Positions 26,531-35,907 of a DNA stretch of 64,000 nucleotides are shown here, one piece after another. This DNA comes from a virus. Its lineage: Duplodnaviria; Caudoviricetes. Location of the stretch: the IMG/VR virus record IMGVR_UViG_3300025129_000005; one strand, written 5' to 3'. The translations under genes were made by a program, and so were the position numbers. Within the stretch, counting starts at the first letter, position 1; the number at the start of each line of letters is the position of its first letter. A model generated the notes under the pieces. The model ran no database searches, was not told the DNA's origin, and was given only the letters and a program-made list of their open reading frames with translations.

Positions 26531-27564
26531 TGAGTGTTGAGCAATATAAAGTCGAAGATTTTGTTTATTCAAGACTACAAAAGTCTAAAAAAAGGGGGAG
26601 TGGGTATATAGCCCGTTGTCCCATTTGTGGTGATTCTCAAAAAAATCCCAATATGCGTAGATTGAATATTGACTTTTATCCAAGGTATGATGAATGGATT
26701 TATAAGTGTTACAATGGTGGATGTCCTGAGAACTCAGGGAATATACAGTCGTTATATTCTCGCGTTGTTGGTTGTACTTGGAAGGAAGCGAATGATGCTC
26801 TTAGCGAAAGCAAGACATACCATTCACAGGAATTACTCGATAAATTGGATGGCAAGAAGAAATATGAGGATTCTAATGATGAGCAGGGTGTTCTAGACCT
26901 TGATTTTAATGATTGTATATCGCTTAAAGATGAACCAGATGGAAGAATAGAAAAACGTTACCATGATGAACTCAAAAAGTTCATTGTAGATCGAAAAATC
27001 CCCATTAGAAGGGAAGTTACAGTAGCGTTTAGGGGTAAGTATAAAAATAGATTTATTTTACCTGTATATGATGAATTAGGGCGTATGACATACTTTCAAG
27101 GTCGTGCTATGTCCAAAGACATATTACCGAAATATAAGAATCCTAAATTCATTAAGAAAGATATTGTGTTAAATAGTCATTTGTTTGACCCTGATAAGTA
27201 TATTATCGTATGTGAGGGTCTAATTGATGCTTGGATGATTGAAGGCAACCAAGGCACCTCATGTTTAGGCGCATCAATTGATGATGATTTTCTAGAAAAA
27301 GTAATACATTTATCTAGAAAAGGTGTCATATGTGCATTAGATAATCCCAGAATTGATACATCGGGGTATGAGAACTATAAAAAGCTATTAGAAAATTCAA
27401 AGTATAGACAACAATTGAAGTATTTCTATATGCCCACTGATACTGACAAAGATCTTAATGATATAAGGATTAGGATGGGAAATCAGTTCAACATATATAA
27501 TTTTATTATAGAAAATTCATTTAATTCCTTTAAAACCTCCATGATTATGAAAAAGGTTGTATAA
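26530..27564 (+). CDS. gp61: DNA primase (gp61-like; Zn finger plus TOPRIM)
   Basis: RCPICGDS, YKCYN.GC, FQGR, KY.NP, CEGLIDA, D...DKD.N. Confidence 0.9.
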   Translation: MSVEQYKVEDFVYSRLQKSKKRGSGYIARCPICGDSQKNPNMRRLNIDFYPRYDEWIYKCYNGGCPENSGNIQSLYSRVVGCTWKEANDALSESKTYHSQELLDKLDGKKKYEDSNDEQGVLDLDFNDCISLKDEPDGRIEKRYHDELKKFIVDRKIPIRREVTVAFRGKYKNRFILPVYDELGRMTYFQGRAMSKDILPKYKNPKFIKKDIVLNSHLFDPDKYIIVCEGLIDAWMIEGNQGTSCLGASIDDDFLEKVIHLSRKGVICALDNPRIDTSGYENYKKLLENSKYRQQLKYFYMPTDTDKDLNDIRIRMGNQFNIYNFIIENSFNSFKTSMIMKKVV

Positions 27565-27586
27565 ATATAATTAAATTGTATATTTA

Positions 27587-28057
27587 ATGGAGGAAAGTGT
27601 AATGAAAATAACAACTATGGGGAGTGATTATGTTCGTATAAATGAATTAAATATGACAGATCAAAAAATTCAGTCAATACCACGTATTCATTTAATAAAA
27701 TTGGAATTTAAAAATCCTTCCCTTGAAAAAGTAGAGTATGTATTAAAGACATTCAAATTAACAAATAGATTCGTAATTGATAGTAATGTAAAATTTTATA
27801 ACGACATTTTACGGAACACAAACAAAAAATATTATATATCCAATGTTGAAGGTGATAAACTGATTACATTTTTTAAAAGAAATAATAAAGTTTTATTGGA
27901 TACAACAAAATTGAGTATATTAGAAAAGGCATTTGTGTTTTCTGTGTCACTAGAAGATATTCTACTAAACACCGAAGTTATGATTGTCGGTCATAAGTTT
28001 TACAAAGAGAACCCGGCTCCTTATAACAATTGGTCAGGAAATCTTATATTAGTGTAA
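27587..28057 (+). CDS. Hypothetical protein
   Basis: Late promoter at 27560. Confidence 0.65.
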   Translation: MEESVMKITTMGSDYVRINELNMTDQKIQSIPRIHLIKLEFKNPSLEKVEYVLKTFKLTNRFVIDSNVKFYNDILRNTNKKYYISNVEGDKLITFFKRNNKVLLDTTKLSILEKAFVFSVSLEDILLNTEVMIVGHKFYKENPAPYNNWSGNLILV

Positions 28058-28068
28058 AAGGGTATAAT

Positions 28069-28905
28069 ATGGATAGAAGAATTCTCGCTTTAGGTCCATT
28101 TATTGGATCGTTTGAACAGGAAATATTGACATTTAGACCTCATATGAGATGGATTGAGTTAAATACTGAAAGCAAAACGGTATTCTATTCATCTCATTTT
28201 AATAGAAAATTTCTTTATCCGCAGATTTCCAATAAGAAGTTTATACCTGTATACAAACAGATTACGCGGCAAGAAATTCATCATAATGGATATTCTCATA
28301 AAGATGTAGATCAACGTGATTTTATGTCAATTGTTAAAGAATATAAGGATGATATTGTTGAGCAGATAGGTTGTATTAAAAAAGACATTAATCACCAATC
28401 ACTACCATATGTCAAATACATATCACCTATATCAATGTATCATAAGGTTTTTGAACCAATTAAAGTTTCCATTTCAAAGAAGAGAGGGAACATTGTTTTT
28501 ATTCCAGATGAATGTATGTCACCCGCTGATGCCATTCATATATGGGACTTTTTACAAAAAAACTACAGAGTATCGTTGATAGGTGATATGAAGTGTCACT
28601 TACCAGATGATAATGAAATTTTAAAAAATGTTGATTATTTACGGAATGGTTATAAAAAAATTGTAACAGCAATCACAAACGCCACCGCTGTCGTGTGTCC
28701 ATGTTCTCATTGGGCAGTTATATCTAACCTACAAGGCGCTCCTTGTATATCATGGGGTGAGAATGTAGGACAATTCAAAGAGGGTGGTATCTACAATTTC
28801 GGTAATAAAAAATCATCATCCGTTTATTTCGACAGTGATGGTAATGTAAAAAATTTAATCAATAATATAAGAAACTTTTTGGAGAGAATAGATGCCACTA
28901 CTTGA
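28069..28905 (+). CDS. Hypothetical protein, possibly GT-B glycosyltransferase-like
   Basis: C-terminal AVVCPCSHW..ISNLQGAPCISW loosely resembles the GT9 tail. Confidence 0.4.
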   Translation: MDRRILALGPFIGSFEQEILTFRPHMRWIELNTESKTVFYSSHFNRKFLYPQISNKKFIPVYKQITRQEIHHNGYSHKDVDQRDFMSIVKEYKDDIVEQIGCIKKDINHQSLPYVKYISPISMYHKVFEPIKVSISKKRGNIVFIPDECMSPADAIHIWDFLQKNYRVSLIGDMKCHLPDDNEILKNVDYLRNGYKKIVTAITNATAVVCPCSHWAVISNLQGAPCISWGENVGQFKEGGIYNFGNKKSSSVYFDSDGNVKNLINNIRNFLERIDATT

Positions 28906-28994
28906 TACGAGTTTAAGTGTCATAAATTTTTTATATACAATAAAAGCAACATCTTACAAACTTAAATATTTGTGTGAGATGGAGGAGGTGTGTC

Positions 28995-29180
28995 ATTCCT
29001 ATATATGAATTTAAATGCAAGGTATGTGGATGTGTTAAAGAAAATCTCATACCAATGAGTCACTCTTATATTAATAAAATGAAATGTTCGGATTGTGGTG
29101 GTGATGCTATAAAAATACCTAGTGTGTCATCATTTGAATTGAAAGGCGGGGGTTGGTATGATAGTGGTTATTCAAAATGA
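28995..29180 (+). CDS. FmdB-family Zn-ribbon protein with probable ATT start
   Basis: (M)PIYEFKCKVCG...CSDCGG...F.LKGGGWY; SD GGAGG 6 nt upstream of ATT. Confidence 0.8.
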   Translation: MPIYEFKCKVCGCVKENLIPMSHSYINKMKCSDCGGDAIKIPSVSSFELKGGGWYDSGYSK

Positions 29181-29204
29181 TATTAATAAAAAGAGAGGAG
29201 TGAT

Positions 29205-29474
29205 ATGTCTAAAAAAGTGTTGATAGATATAGTTTGTGTGAATTGTGGGATTATTAAAGAAGATTTATGGCTTTCATATGGAGAAGATCCAAAAGATGTC
29301 TGTCCTGTGTGTGGGAAACAAATGACAAAAAAACCTGATTTCGGTTCATTTGAGTTGAAGTATAATAACAAGACTGATATGTGTGATTGGACAGGTGAAA
29401 CGTCACAGTATTGGAGAGCATTTAAAGAGGCAAAAGGTCGTGGTGAAAATGTTAAACCTGTTAACGAGGATTAA
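29205..29474 (+). CDS. Second FmdB-like Zn-ribbon protein
   Basis: CVNCG...CPVCG..M.K..DF.SFELK. Confidence 0.7.
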   Translation: MSKKVLIDIVCVNCGIIKEDLWLSYGEDPKDVCPVCGKQMTKKPDFGSFELKYNNKTDMCDWTGETSQYWRAFKEAKGRGENVKPVNED

Positions 29475-29864
29475 TGTTTACATCTTATATGAAACATGGT
29501 AGTGTGTTTTATACGAGAAAGGGGCTACTAATGGAAAAAGTTGAGATTAAATTTTGTGTAAGACCTTATTATCACGATGTTGTGAAAAAAATCACAAGGA
29601 AACCAAAGCATAACAAGACCCTGAACAAACATTTTGTAAGATATAATGGGCAGGATTACATCCTACAAAAGAGTTCTGATGGTTTTGTTGTCTGGATTGA
29701 TGAAGATGATAGAGAAAAATACTAATTATGCCAGTGATAGTAAAATCGTTGTTATTGAGGGTGAACGATACCCCTTATTGAAAACTACAGAGAAGATGGT
29801 CTTCTATATGTGTGAAGACGAAGTTAAACGTACCAAAATTGATAAGGTTGAGGAAGTTTTATAA
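29474..29864 (+). other. Two small overlapping hypothetical ORFs (29474-29725, ~29646-29864)
   Basis: ORF track. Confidence 0.45.
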
Positions 29865-29896
29865 AAATTTTATTAGAAGTCAAGATTTTATAAATA

Positions 29897-30087
29897 CTTT
29901 CGGATGGTTCGGGGGTTTTCCTTAAAAATCCCCCTTATACACGGTCTGTAAAGGTAACATGCTCAGACCAACCTATAGGGTGAGAGGTTACTTCGCCCAT
30001 CCCCTCTTTAACAGCGGATTCGCTGTTGATATATAAGGTTTTTCTTAGGGCTTTTTCCTCAGCAATGAATAAAAGCCCTTCTTTTTT
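29897..30087 (+). ncRNA. Candidate late small RNA
   Basis: TATAAATA at 29889, then four hairpins ending in AGGGCTTTT/AAAAGCCCT plus a T-run; no ORF. Confidence 0.55.
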
Positions 30088-30554
30088 GTCCAAAGGGGTT
30101 TACATACCCATTCCTATTTGATATTCTATAGACTCTTAAAGGGTGATGACCGACACATTAGCGATGATGATGAAGGAATCCTCCTAGCTTGCGGCCACAG
30201 GTTGAAAAACGTTACTGAAAAGTGTATAACTGACAGGAGAACGTATGATTGGAACTAGACTAGTAAAAATCCGAGGTTCGCCGTAGTAGAAACACTAATT
30301 AAAGAAACTTAAAGAAGATAACTTAACGATGGTAGTATATCCTTGTTCGTAATTCAAGGGTTAGGAGATTACAAGGACACAAATCTAAAAAAATTCTTGC
30401 CCTCCCGTATGATCTAGACTTATATAAAGATTATACATTATACTAGAGACTATATAACTAGAGAAGACGAAGGGATACTACACTCACATTGTGGCATCCC
30501 TTCAATTTTTTTGTGTAAAATTTTATAAATACTCTTGTAATAAACACAACAGGA

Positions 30555-30812
30555 GTGTATAATATGGATTTACTAGAAAAGATTGACCTCTTCCTTGGTG
30601 AAGGGGGGAGTGACGGTAAAAATTTCCCGGCAAAGAAGAAGAATGATGATAAAGATTCTGATGAACAGGCATCAGATTCAGAGTCTGATACCGATGAAGA
30701 GGGTGACGATCCATATGACCCTGAAACGGATTCGGATAGAGAGAAGAAACAAAAAGAACTTAAGAAAAAATCTGTAAACACATCGTATATCCCTGTTTAT
30801 CAAACAAAATAA
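30555..30812 (+). CDS. Acidic low-complexity hypothetical protein under a late promoter
   Basis: TATAAATA at 30524; SD AGGAG. Confidence 0.65.
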   Translation: MYNMDLLEKIDLFLGEGGSDGKNFPAKKKNDDKDSDEQASDSESDTDEEGDDPYDPETDSDREKKQKELKKKSVNTSYIPVYQTK

Positions 30813-31008
30813 TAAAGGTTCGTTGCCATGAAAAAGAATAAAAATAAATCAGTTTTTGATAAAATTAGGAAACCTATCGCACCTCCTACTCAAAGACATG
30901 GTGATAAGAAATATTCACGTAAAGAGAAACATAAAGGTTTACATTTACAGTAAAATTCAATATTATTGATAGTAAATAATTTGTTGAAGTTGAGGAGAGT
31001 TTAAATTT

Positions 31009-31281
31009 ATGAATAAAGCAAAGCTAGTAGAATATGTTGCAAACCAAACAGGAACATACAAAAAAGATGTAAAAATTTTTGTGGATGCTATTTTGGAAGG
31101 TATTGAATTTGGTATGAAAAAAGACGGTAAGGTGACTTTGGTTGGTTTTGGGAACTTTATTGTAAGACAAAGAAAACCTAGATTGGCACGTAATCCGCAA
31201 ACTGGTACTCCGGTTCGTGTTCCACCTAAAAGAATTCCCACGTTCAAACCATCTCAACAGCTAAAGGATACAATCGAATAA
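31009..31281 (+). CDS. hup: HU-like DNA-binding protein
   Basis: MNKAKLV, VTLVGFGNF, R..RNPQTG, P.FKPS..LKD. Confidence 0.93.
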   Translation: MNKAKLVEYVANQTGTYKKDVKIFVDAILEGIEFGMKKDGKVTLVGFGNFIVRQRKPRLARNPQTGTPVRVPPKRIPTFKPSQQLKDTIE

Positions 31282-31345
31282 TTATCAAATAATCTATTAT
31301 ATTAATGTCATAAAAGGATGGTTTACATTCCACCCTTTCGCTTTA

Positions 31346-32290
31346 ATGTCAATAAAAACAAAAAAAGGATTATCTGTGAATACTACTCCCTATGAATTTA
31401 AATACATGCCAAAATCATTTGAAGAAATGATTGTGTCGGAAGAACTCAAACCGGTTTTAAAGAAAGCACTTGATGAATTACCTAACATGATACTTAGCGG
31501 ACCTCCCGGTACAGGAAAAGGAACATTCGTCGATGTTCTCAGGTCAACACATCCTGATATAGATATCCTTAAGATTAATTGTTCGGATTATACGAGCATT
31601 GATGATGTTCGTGATAAAGTTAAACCATTTGCAACATCCATCGGTTTTGGTGCCCTTAAGATAGTTTTTCTTAATGAGGTTGATTATCTTTCGCACAACG
31701 GACAGGCTATGTTGCGTGATTTAATTGAACAGACACAAAAATACACCAGATTCATTTTGGCATGTAACTATCCCCATAAAATTATGGATGAAATGTTTTC
31801 TAGGTGTCAGCACGTGGAATTAAACAATCCGCCAGCAGTCGATGTTGTTAAACGTTGTTGGTCTATTCTTGACCAAGAAGGGGTTAAGTATAACAAAAAA
31901 ACTGTAGTTGAAATGGTCAAGTCTATATGGCAGAAAAAGCCCGATGTCCGTAATACATTGGTAACATTAAGAATGAATGTTATTGATGGTGTGTTACGAG
32001 ACAACTTTGTATTATCTGCATCAGAAGAGACGTATAAGGAAATCTTGGACGGATTATATAAAGGCGAATTGGATAAGATAAGGGCTATTCTAAAATCCAA
32101 TCCTATTGACTATACAAGTCTTTATATGTTTATATGTGATATATTATTTAATGATGATGAGAAGTTTAAAAACGCAGGTGTGGCGATAGAATTGGTTGGT
32201 GAACATGACTATCGCGATAATATGGTAGCTAACAGGGAGATAAACTTTATAAGTATGTGTGTGAAAATGATGAGAGGTGGTGCGGTATGA
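31346..32290 (+). CDS. gp44: Clamp loader large subunit (gp44/RFC-like)
   Basis: KY.P, GPPGTGK, LNEVDYL, RFILACNY, SRC. Confidence 0.92.
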   Translation: MSIKTKKGLSVNTTPYEFKYMPKSFEEMIVSEELKPVLKKALDELPNMILSGPPGTGKGTFVDVLRSTHPDIDILKINCSDYTSIDDVRDKVKPFATSIGFGALKIVFLNEVDYLSHNGQAMLRDLIEQTQKYTRFILACNYPHKIMDEMFSRCQHVELNNPPAVDVVKRCWSILDQEGVKYNKKTVVEMVKSIWQKKPDVRNTLVTLRMNVIDGVLRDNFVLSASEETYKEILDGLYKGELDKIRAILKSNPIDYTSLYMFICDILFNDDEKFKNAGVAIELVGEHDYRDNMVANREINFISMCVKMMRGGAV

Positions 32291-32481
32291 AATCAAAAAA
32301 GAGGTATGACAATCAAAAGAAAAAGAACTTTGAAGTGACTCCTGATATCTTAAAAAAGCTACAAGATTCTTTGAATGATAACATAAAACCAGATTTCAAG
32401 GAGAAAACTGATGATAAAAAGAAAGTCCCCAACAAAAAAAGGAAACCATCTAACAGAGGTGTTGAACGCAATAAACACTAA
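32287..32481 (+). CDS. Small basic hypothetical protein
   Basis: ATG at 32287 overlaps the gp44 stop. Confidence 0.5.
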   Translation: MKSKKRYDNQKKKNFEVTPDILKKLQDSLNDNIKPDFKEKTDDKKKVPNKKRKPSNRGVERNKH

Positions 32482-32770
32482 AACCCCTTGTAATTATAAT
32501 CCGAAAGAGGTTAGTGCATGGGTTATCTCATTGTTTCTGTCAGAAGATCCAGAACTTATTGAAATTGTTAATAAAATAAATCAATATCATTTTTCCCTTG
32601 ACGATAAACTAATATTCCGGTATTATGTATCAAAGATTCCAAAAAAGAAGAGATTTATTAAATTTACAAAAAAATCCAAGGAATCAAAAGATAATGAGAA
32701 AGTTAAATCTCTCATGGAAACTTACGGAGTCTCAAAAAGAGAAGCACTTCTTTCAATAGGGAAAGGGTAG
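32411..32770 (+). CDS. gp62: Clamp loader small subunit (gp62-like)
   Basis: LNAIN.K, V..IN.Y, RFIKF.KK, YGVS.REA; follows gp44. Confidence 0.7.
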   Translation: MIKRKSPTKKGNHLTEVLNAINTKTPCNYNPKEVSAWVISLFLSEDPELIEIVNKINQYHFSLDDKLIFRYYVSKIPKKKRFIKFTKKSKESKDNEKVKSLMETYGVSKREALLSIGKG

Positions 32771-32774
32771 AACT

Positions 32775-33104
32775 ATGTCAGAAAAAAAGAGTGATGTTGT
32801 TATGAGTCAAGGGGTTGATGTATCAGAAGAAGAACTTATGTCGAAGATTAATCGAACATCGAGTAAGCTTAAGAAAGTTTTGTATTTAGAAGAGTTTATG
32901 AGTGCTTTTTTGGCGTGTGCATTTGGTCTTAATGTAGCATGTTTTATGTTCAATCCCATAGGGTTAAGTATTATTAATATACTGTTGGCAATATGGTTCT
33001 TGTCTCATTTCAAAACAACAGTTTTACGACAAGAAAAATACCACTTACATCTGAAACTTCTTGAAAATTTTAAGGAGAATAAAGTTTGGATTGAGTGCGA
33101 TTAA
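32775..33104 (+). CDS. Two-TM hypothetical membrane protein
   Basis: Two hydrophobic stretches. Confidence 0.6.
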   Translation: MSEKKSDVVMSQGVDVSEEELMSKINRTSSKLKKVLYLEEFMSAFLACAFGLNVACFMFNPIGLSIINILLAIWFLSHFKTTVLRQEKYHLHLKLLENFKENKVWIECD

Positions 33105-33122
33105 AAATAAAGGGATATATAT

Positions 33123-33860
33123 ATGAATATTAATGTAAATAATTTACAAGAATTGATCAAAAAAGCGACATTGAACTATGTGATTCCCTCTGTTCACTTG
33201 AACATTCAAAGAGATAGAGTGATATCAAAAATGAGAAGTCAGGGGAACTCTGTTGTTATTTCATTGGATCTTCCTAATGATGTAGTTACGGAATTGCCAG
33301 ATGAAGTGGATTTATATTTTGATGAGCCAAATGTAAATGTTAAACCATACTTGAACCTGATTGATAATGATGTTGTTGATCTAAGTGTTAATACTGCAGG
33401 GATTGTACTAAAAGCTGGTAGACATAAAACAGACCTGTTTTTTTGTATGCCAAGCACTGTTACAACGTTCACCGGAAATACTCCAAACATTCAGCCATTC
33501 TATGAATTAGAATTGACCAATGAACTCAAAAGTAATTTTGATAAAATTCGTAAAATTGCTGGTAAATTTGAAGTTGTCTACTTTACAGTTTGTGATAATA
33601 AGTTTATAATTGAAACAACTGACAGATCTAACAGATTTATGAATGGGATTAGTTTTGAACTTGCAACCATTAATGTTTCTAATTGTGATATTTGTTTGGA
33701 TTATAAGAATTTTAATGCTCTTTTGCAGGTTATTGATGATAATTTTACGAATTTTAAGGTAAAATTTGTATGGATGGATTCACAAGAATCTGGTATGGTA
33801 TCATTTGAAAGAAACGATGGCAGAGAAAATTACTATCTTTTACAGAAATCAGAAGATTGA
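33123..33860 (+). CDS. gp45: Sliding clamp (gp45-like)
   Basis: Size, beta-rich duplicated pattern and position next to the clamp loader. Confidence 0.7.
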   Translation: MNINVNNLQELIKKATLNYVIPSVHLNIQRDRVISKMRSQGNSVVISLDLPNDVVTELPDEVDLYFDEPNVNVKPYLNLIDNDVVDLSVNTAGIVLKAGRHKTDLFFCMPSTVTTFTGNTPNIQPFYELELTNELKSNFDKIRKIAGKFEVVYFTVCDNKFIIETTDRSNRFMNGISFELATINVSNCDICLDYKNFNALLQVIDDNFTNFKVKFVWMDSQESGMVSFERNDGRENYYLLQKSED

Positions 33861-34395
33861 TATCGAGATTGAAAGGAAAAGTATGAACATATTCAAATGG
33901 GTACATGAAAGGATTGATAATTGGCTCCATAAAGAGGAAAGTGAAATCATTTTTGGTGTCAAAAAAATTCAGGATTCAAATCTTGATCTACAAAGTAAAC
34001 AAGAGAAAGAATTTCAAGATGCCCTTAAAGCTGAAATTGAATTGATTTCAAAAGAAGATCACAGTGTGATTCCAACCAAGGGTGATATTGATCGTTACTA
34101 CGCATATCATGTAAATTTTGTAACAAACATCAAGAAACTCGAAAAATATTTTAATATAAATATTCCAACCGAAATCCCATTGGATATAGTTGAATTTGAT
34201 GATTATTACAAAAAATCGGTCACAGAAGGATGGGAATACCTTCGTAAATCGTGTGGTCTTCCGTTAACGAATCCGTTGGGTCATGGCTTATGGAATGCAT
34301 CGAAAAAAGAAAACGTTTGGACGGTTGATGATACCGAACAAAAATGGACAACAGAGTCTAGCAATAAATCAACTTACCATAAACGTGGAATGTGA
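33766..34395 (+). CDS. Hypothetical protein (true start probably downstream, ~33882)
   Basis: ORF track. Confidence 0.6.
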   Translation: MYGWIHKNLVWYHLKETMAEKITIFYRNQKIDIEIERKSMNIFKWVHERIDNWLHKEESEIIFGVKKIQDSNLDLQSKQEKEFQDALKAEIELISKEDHSVIPTKGDIDRYYAYHVNFVTNIKKLEKYFNINIPTEIPLDIVEFDDYYKKSVTEGWEYLRKSCGLPLTNPLGHGLWNASKKENVWTVDDTEQKWTTESSNKSTYHKRGM

Positions 34396-34403
34396 AAAAA
34401 GTG

Positions 34404-34432
34404 TTGACATACCGAGGACGAGTTGATAATAT
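34404..34432 (+). promoter_or_regulatory. sigma70-like promoter for the Ubl gene
   Basis: TTGACA-17-TAATAT. Confidence 0.7.
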
Positions 34433-34509
34433 GTTCCTGTCTTAAGCGAAACAATAATTTTTATCCTCATGGTGAGGAAATTCACACTTCTCTTGAAAGG
34501 AGATTTAAT

Positions 34510-34728
34510 ATGACTGAAAGTACTACTCTTACCATTAATGGTTCCACCAACACTATCGAAGCCGGTTCTTCTTTTCGCGATACTGTTGTTAACGCTGCAC
34601 GTAACGCAGGTCTTGGCAAGTTCCGGGTTATTCTGAACGGTTCTGAAATTGATCCTGCAGATGCACCAGAATCCCTTAACCCCAGCATGTCTCTGGAAAT
34701 TCGCCCTTATGAAGTGGCTGGTGCTTAA
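34510..34728 (+). CDS. Ubiquitin-like (beta-grasp) protein, 72 aa, C-terminus ...YEVAGA
   Basis: SD AGGAG; beta-beta-alpha-beta-beta pattern (TLTING.TNTIE, helix, FRVILNGSEI, LEIRPY); Gly near the C-terminus; adjacent to E1 and JAB. Confidence 0.75.
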   Translation: MTESTTLTINGSTNTIEAGSSFRDTVVNAARNAGLGKFRVILNGSEIDPADAPESLNPSMSLEIRPYEVAGA

Positions 34729-34748
34729 CCGAGTATAACCATTTAATC

Positions 34749-34780
34749 GAGTTGGGTCAATCAAGACCCAACTCTTCTTT
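34749..34780 (+). terminator. Rho-independent terminator after Ubl
   Basis: GAGTTGGGTC-AATCAA-GACCCAACTC followed by TTCTTT. Confidence 0.8.
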
Positions 34781-34799
34781 ATAATTTTAAACTTTACTG

Positions 34800-34828
34800 T
34801 TGACAATCCCAATCATTAAATATAAGAT
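34800..34828 (+). promoter_or_regulatory. sigma70-like promoter for the E2-like gene
   Basis: TTGACA-17-TAAGAT. Confidence 0.7.
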
Positions 34829-34863
34829 GTTCATATCGGTTTGATTTACAGAAAGGAATTAAA

Positions 34864-35769
34864 ATGGCAGTGTGGGATGTGAATATCGCTGAATCGATTA
34901 AAAGTGACATAGATTCAGTATTGGATGATATCAATATTGATAATATTAAATCCGAGGGTATGACCGTTCGTATCGGTGGTAGACTTGTTAAATTAGAATT
35001 CACCGAAGAAACTTCTCTCCCGGAAGATGAAATTAGGGCTGAATATTCAGCAAAACTTACTGAAAAACTTCAAGCCATAAAAAATGTTGTTAATAAAAAG
35101 ATCTCTGAAATGTCTTATATGGTTGAACAGAATCGTATTGATTTTGAGGAAAAAGAGCGAAATCTTCAAGTACGCTTGTCTAGTGCAAACTTGATGCCGG
35201 ATATCACGTATGAACAAGCAAAAGCCGGACTGTCCGTGGTCAAGGGTCACCCAAGTTACAGAGAAAATGATGTTTTAACTTGGTTATATCAAGGTGTTTA
35301 TTGGCCAAAATTTGTTGATGGTGAGCCGATTGATCCGAAATATGCAAAACGTCTCGTTTCTCCGGTAACACTGGTAATTGTTACTGTTAAAGATAAAGTT
35401 CGTTCTGTAACGGTTTGTAAAACAATCGGTCTTTCCAAATTTAAACATTATCATTCAATGGGTAATAGTTCGGATTGTTGGGGTCAATGGAAAATCCCGT
35501 CAAATTGGTCTGAACCTAAAGATATTCTATCTATTGCCCGCCATGCTATGGGGGTTCTGGAAAACGTTAATACTCAGTCTCCGGGTAATCGTAACCCGGA
35601 TGGTCTTCCCCGACTGAATACTTTGTCACAACACGTTCTTAGGGGTGAAGCAGCTGTTAACGTTGAATATGTGACTTCACAATCCGATGATAGGGCTGGT
35701 ATTGATCGTAACACTGACAGGGGTGATCAAGGAACTCGCGGTTCGGTAGGTCAAGTCTGGTCAACATAA
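34864..35769 (+). CDS. Coiled-coil plus prokaryotic E2-like domain
   Basis: HYH...(N)SSDCWG resembles the E2 HPN...G.ICL/CWG active-site flap; context between Ubl and E1. Confidence 0.55.
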   Translation: MAVWDVNIAESIKSDIDSVLDDINIDNIKSEGMTVRIGGRLVKLEFTEETSLPEDEIRAEYSAKLTEKLQAIKNVVNKKISEMSYMVEQNRIDFEEKERNLQVRLSSANLMPDITYEQAKAGLSVVKGHPSYRENDVLTWLYQGVYWPKFVDGEPIDPKYAKRLVSPVTLVIVTVKDKVRSVTVCKTIGLSKFKHYHSMGNSSDCWGQWKIPSNWSEPKDILSIARHAMGVLENVNTQSPGNRNPDGLPRLNTLSQHVLRGEAAVNVEYVTSQSDDRAGIDRNTDRGDQGTRGSVGQVWST

Positions 35770-35777
35770 TTTCAAAA

Positions 35778-35805
35778 AAAAGAGGGTTTGAAAAGACCCT
35801 CTTTT
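35778..35805. terminator. Terminator-like hairpin after the E2-like gene
   Basis: AAAAGAGGGT/ACCCTCTTTT flanked by A and T runs. Confidence 0.7.
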
Positions 35806-35842
35806 AATTTCAGAACCTCTCCGATGGATGGTCAAAAAGTGA

Positions 35843-35871
35843 TTGACATATAAAAATTTGTGTGGTAGTTT
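35843..35871 (+). promoter_or_regulatory. sigma70-like promoter for E1-JAB
   Basis: TTGACA-17-TAGTTT with TG upstream of the -10. Confidence 0.6.
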
Positions 35872-35907
35872 AGCATTATCTTTGGGCATAAAAGAAAGGA
35901 ATTTATT

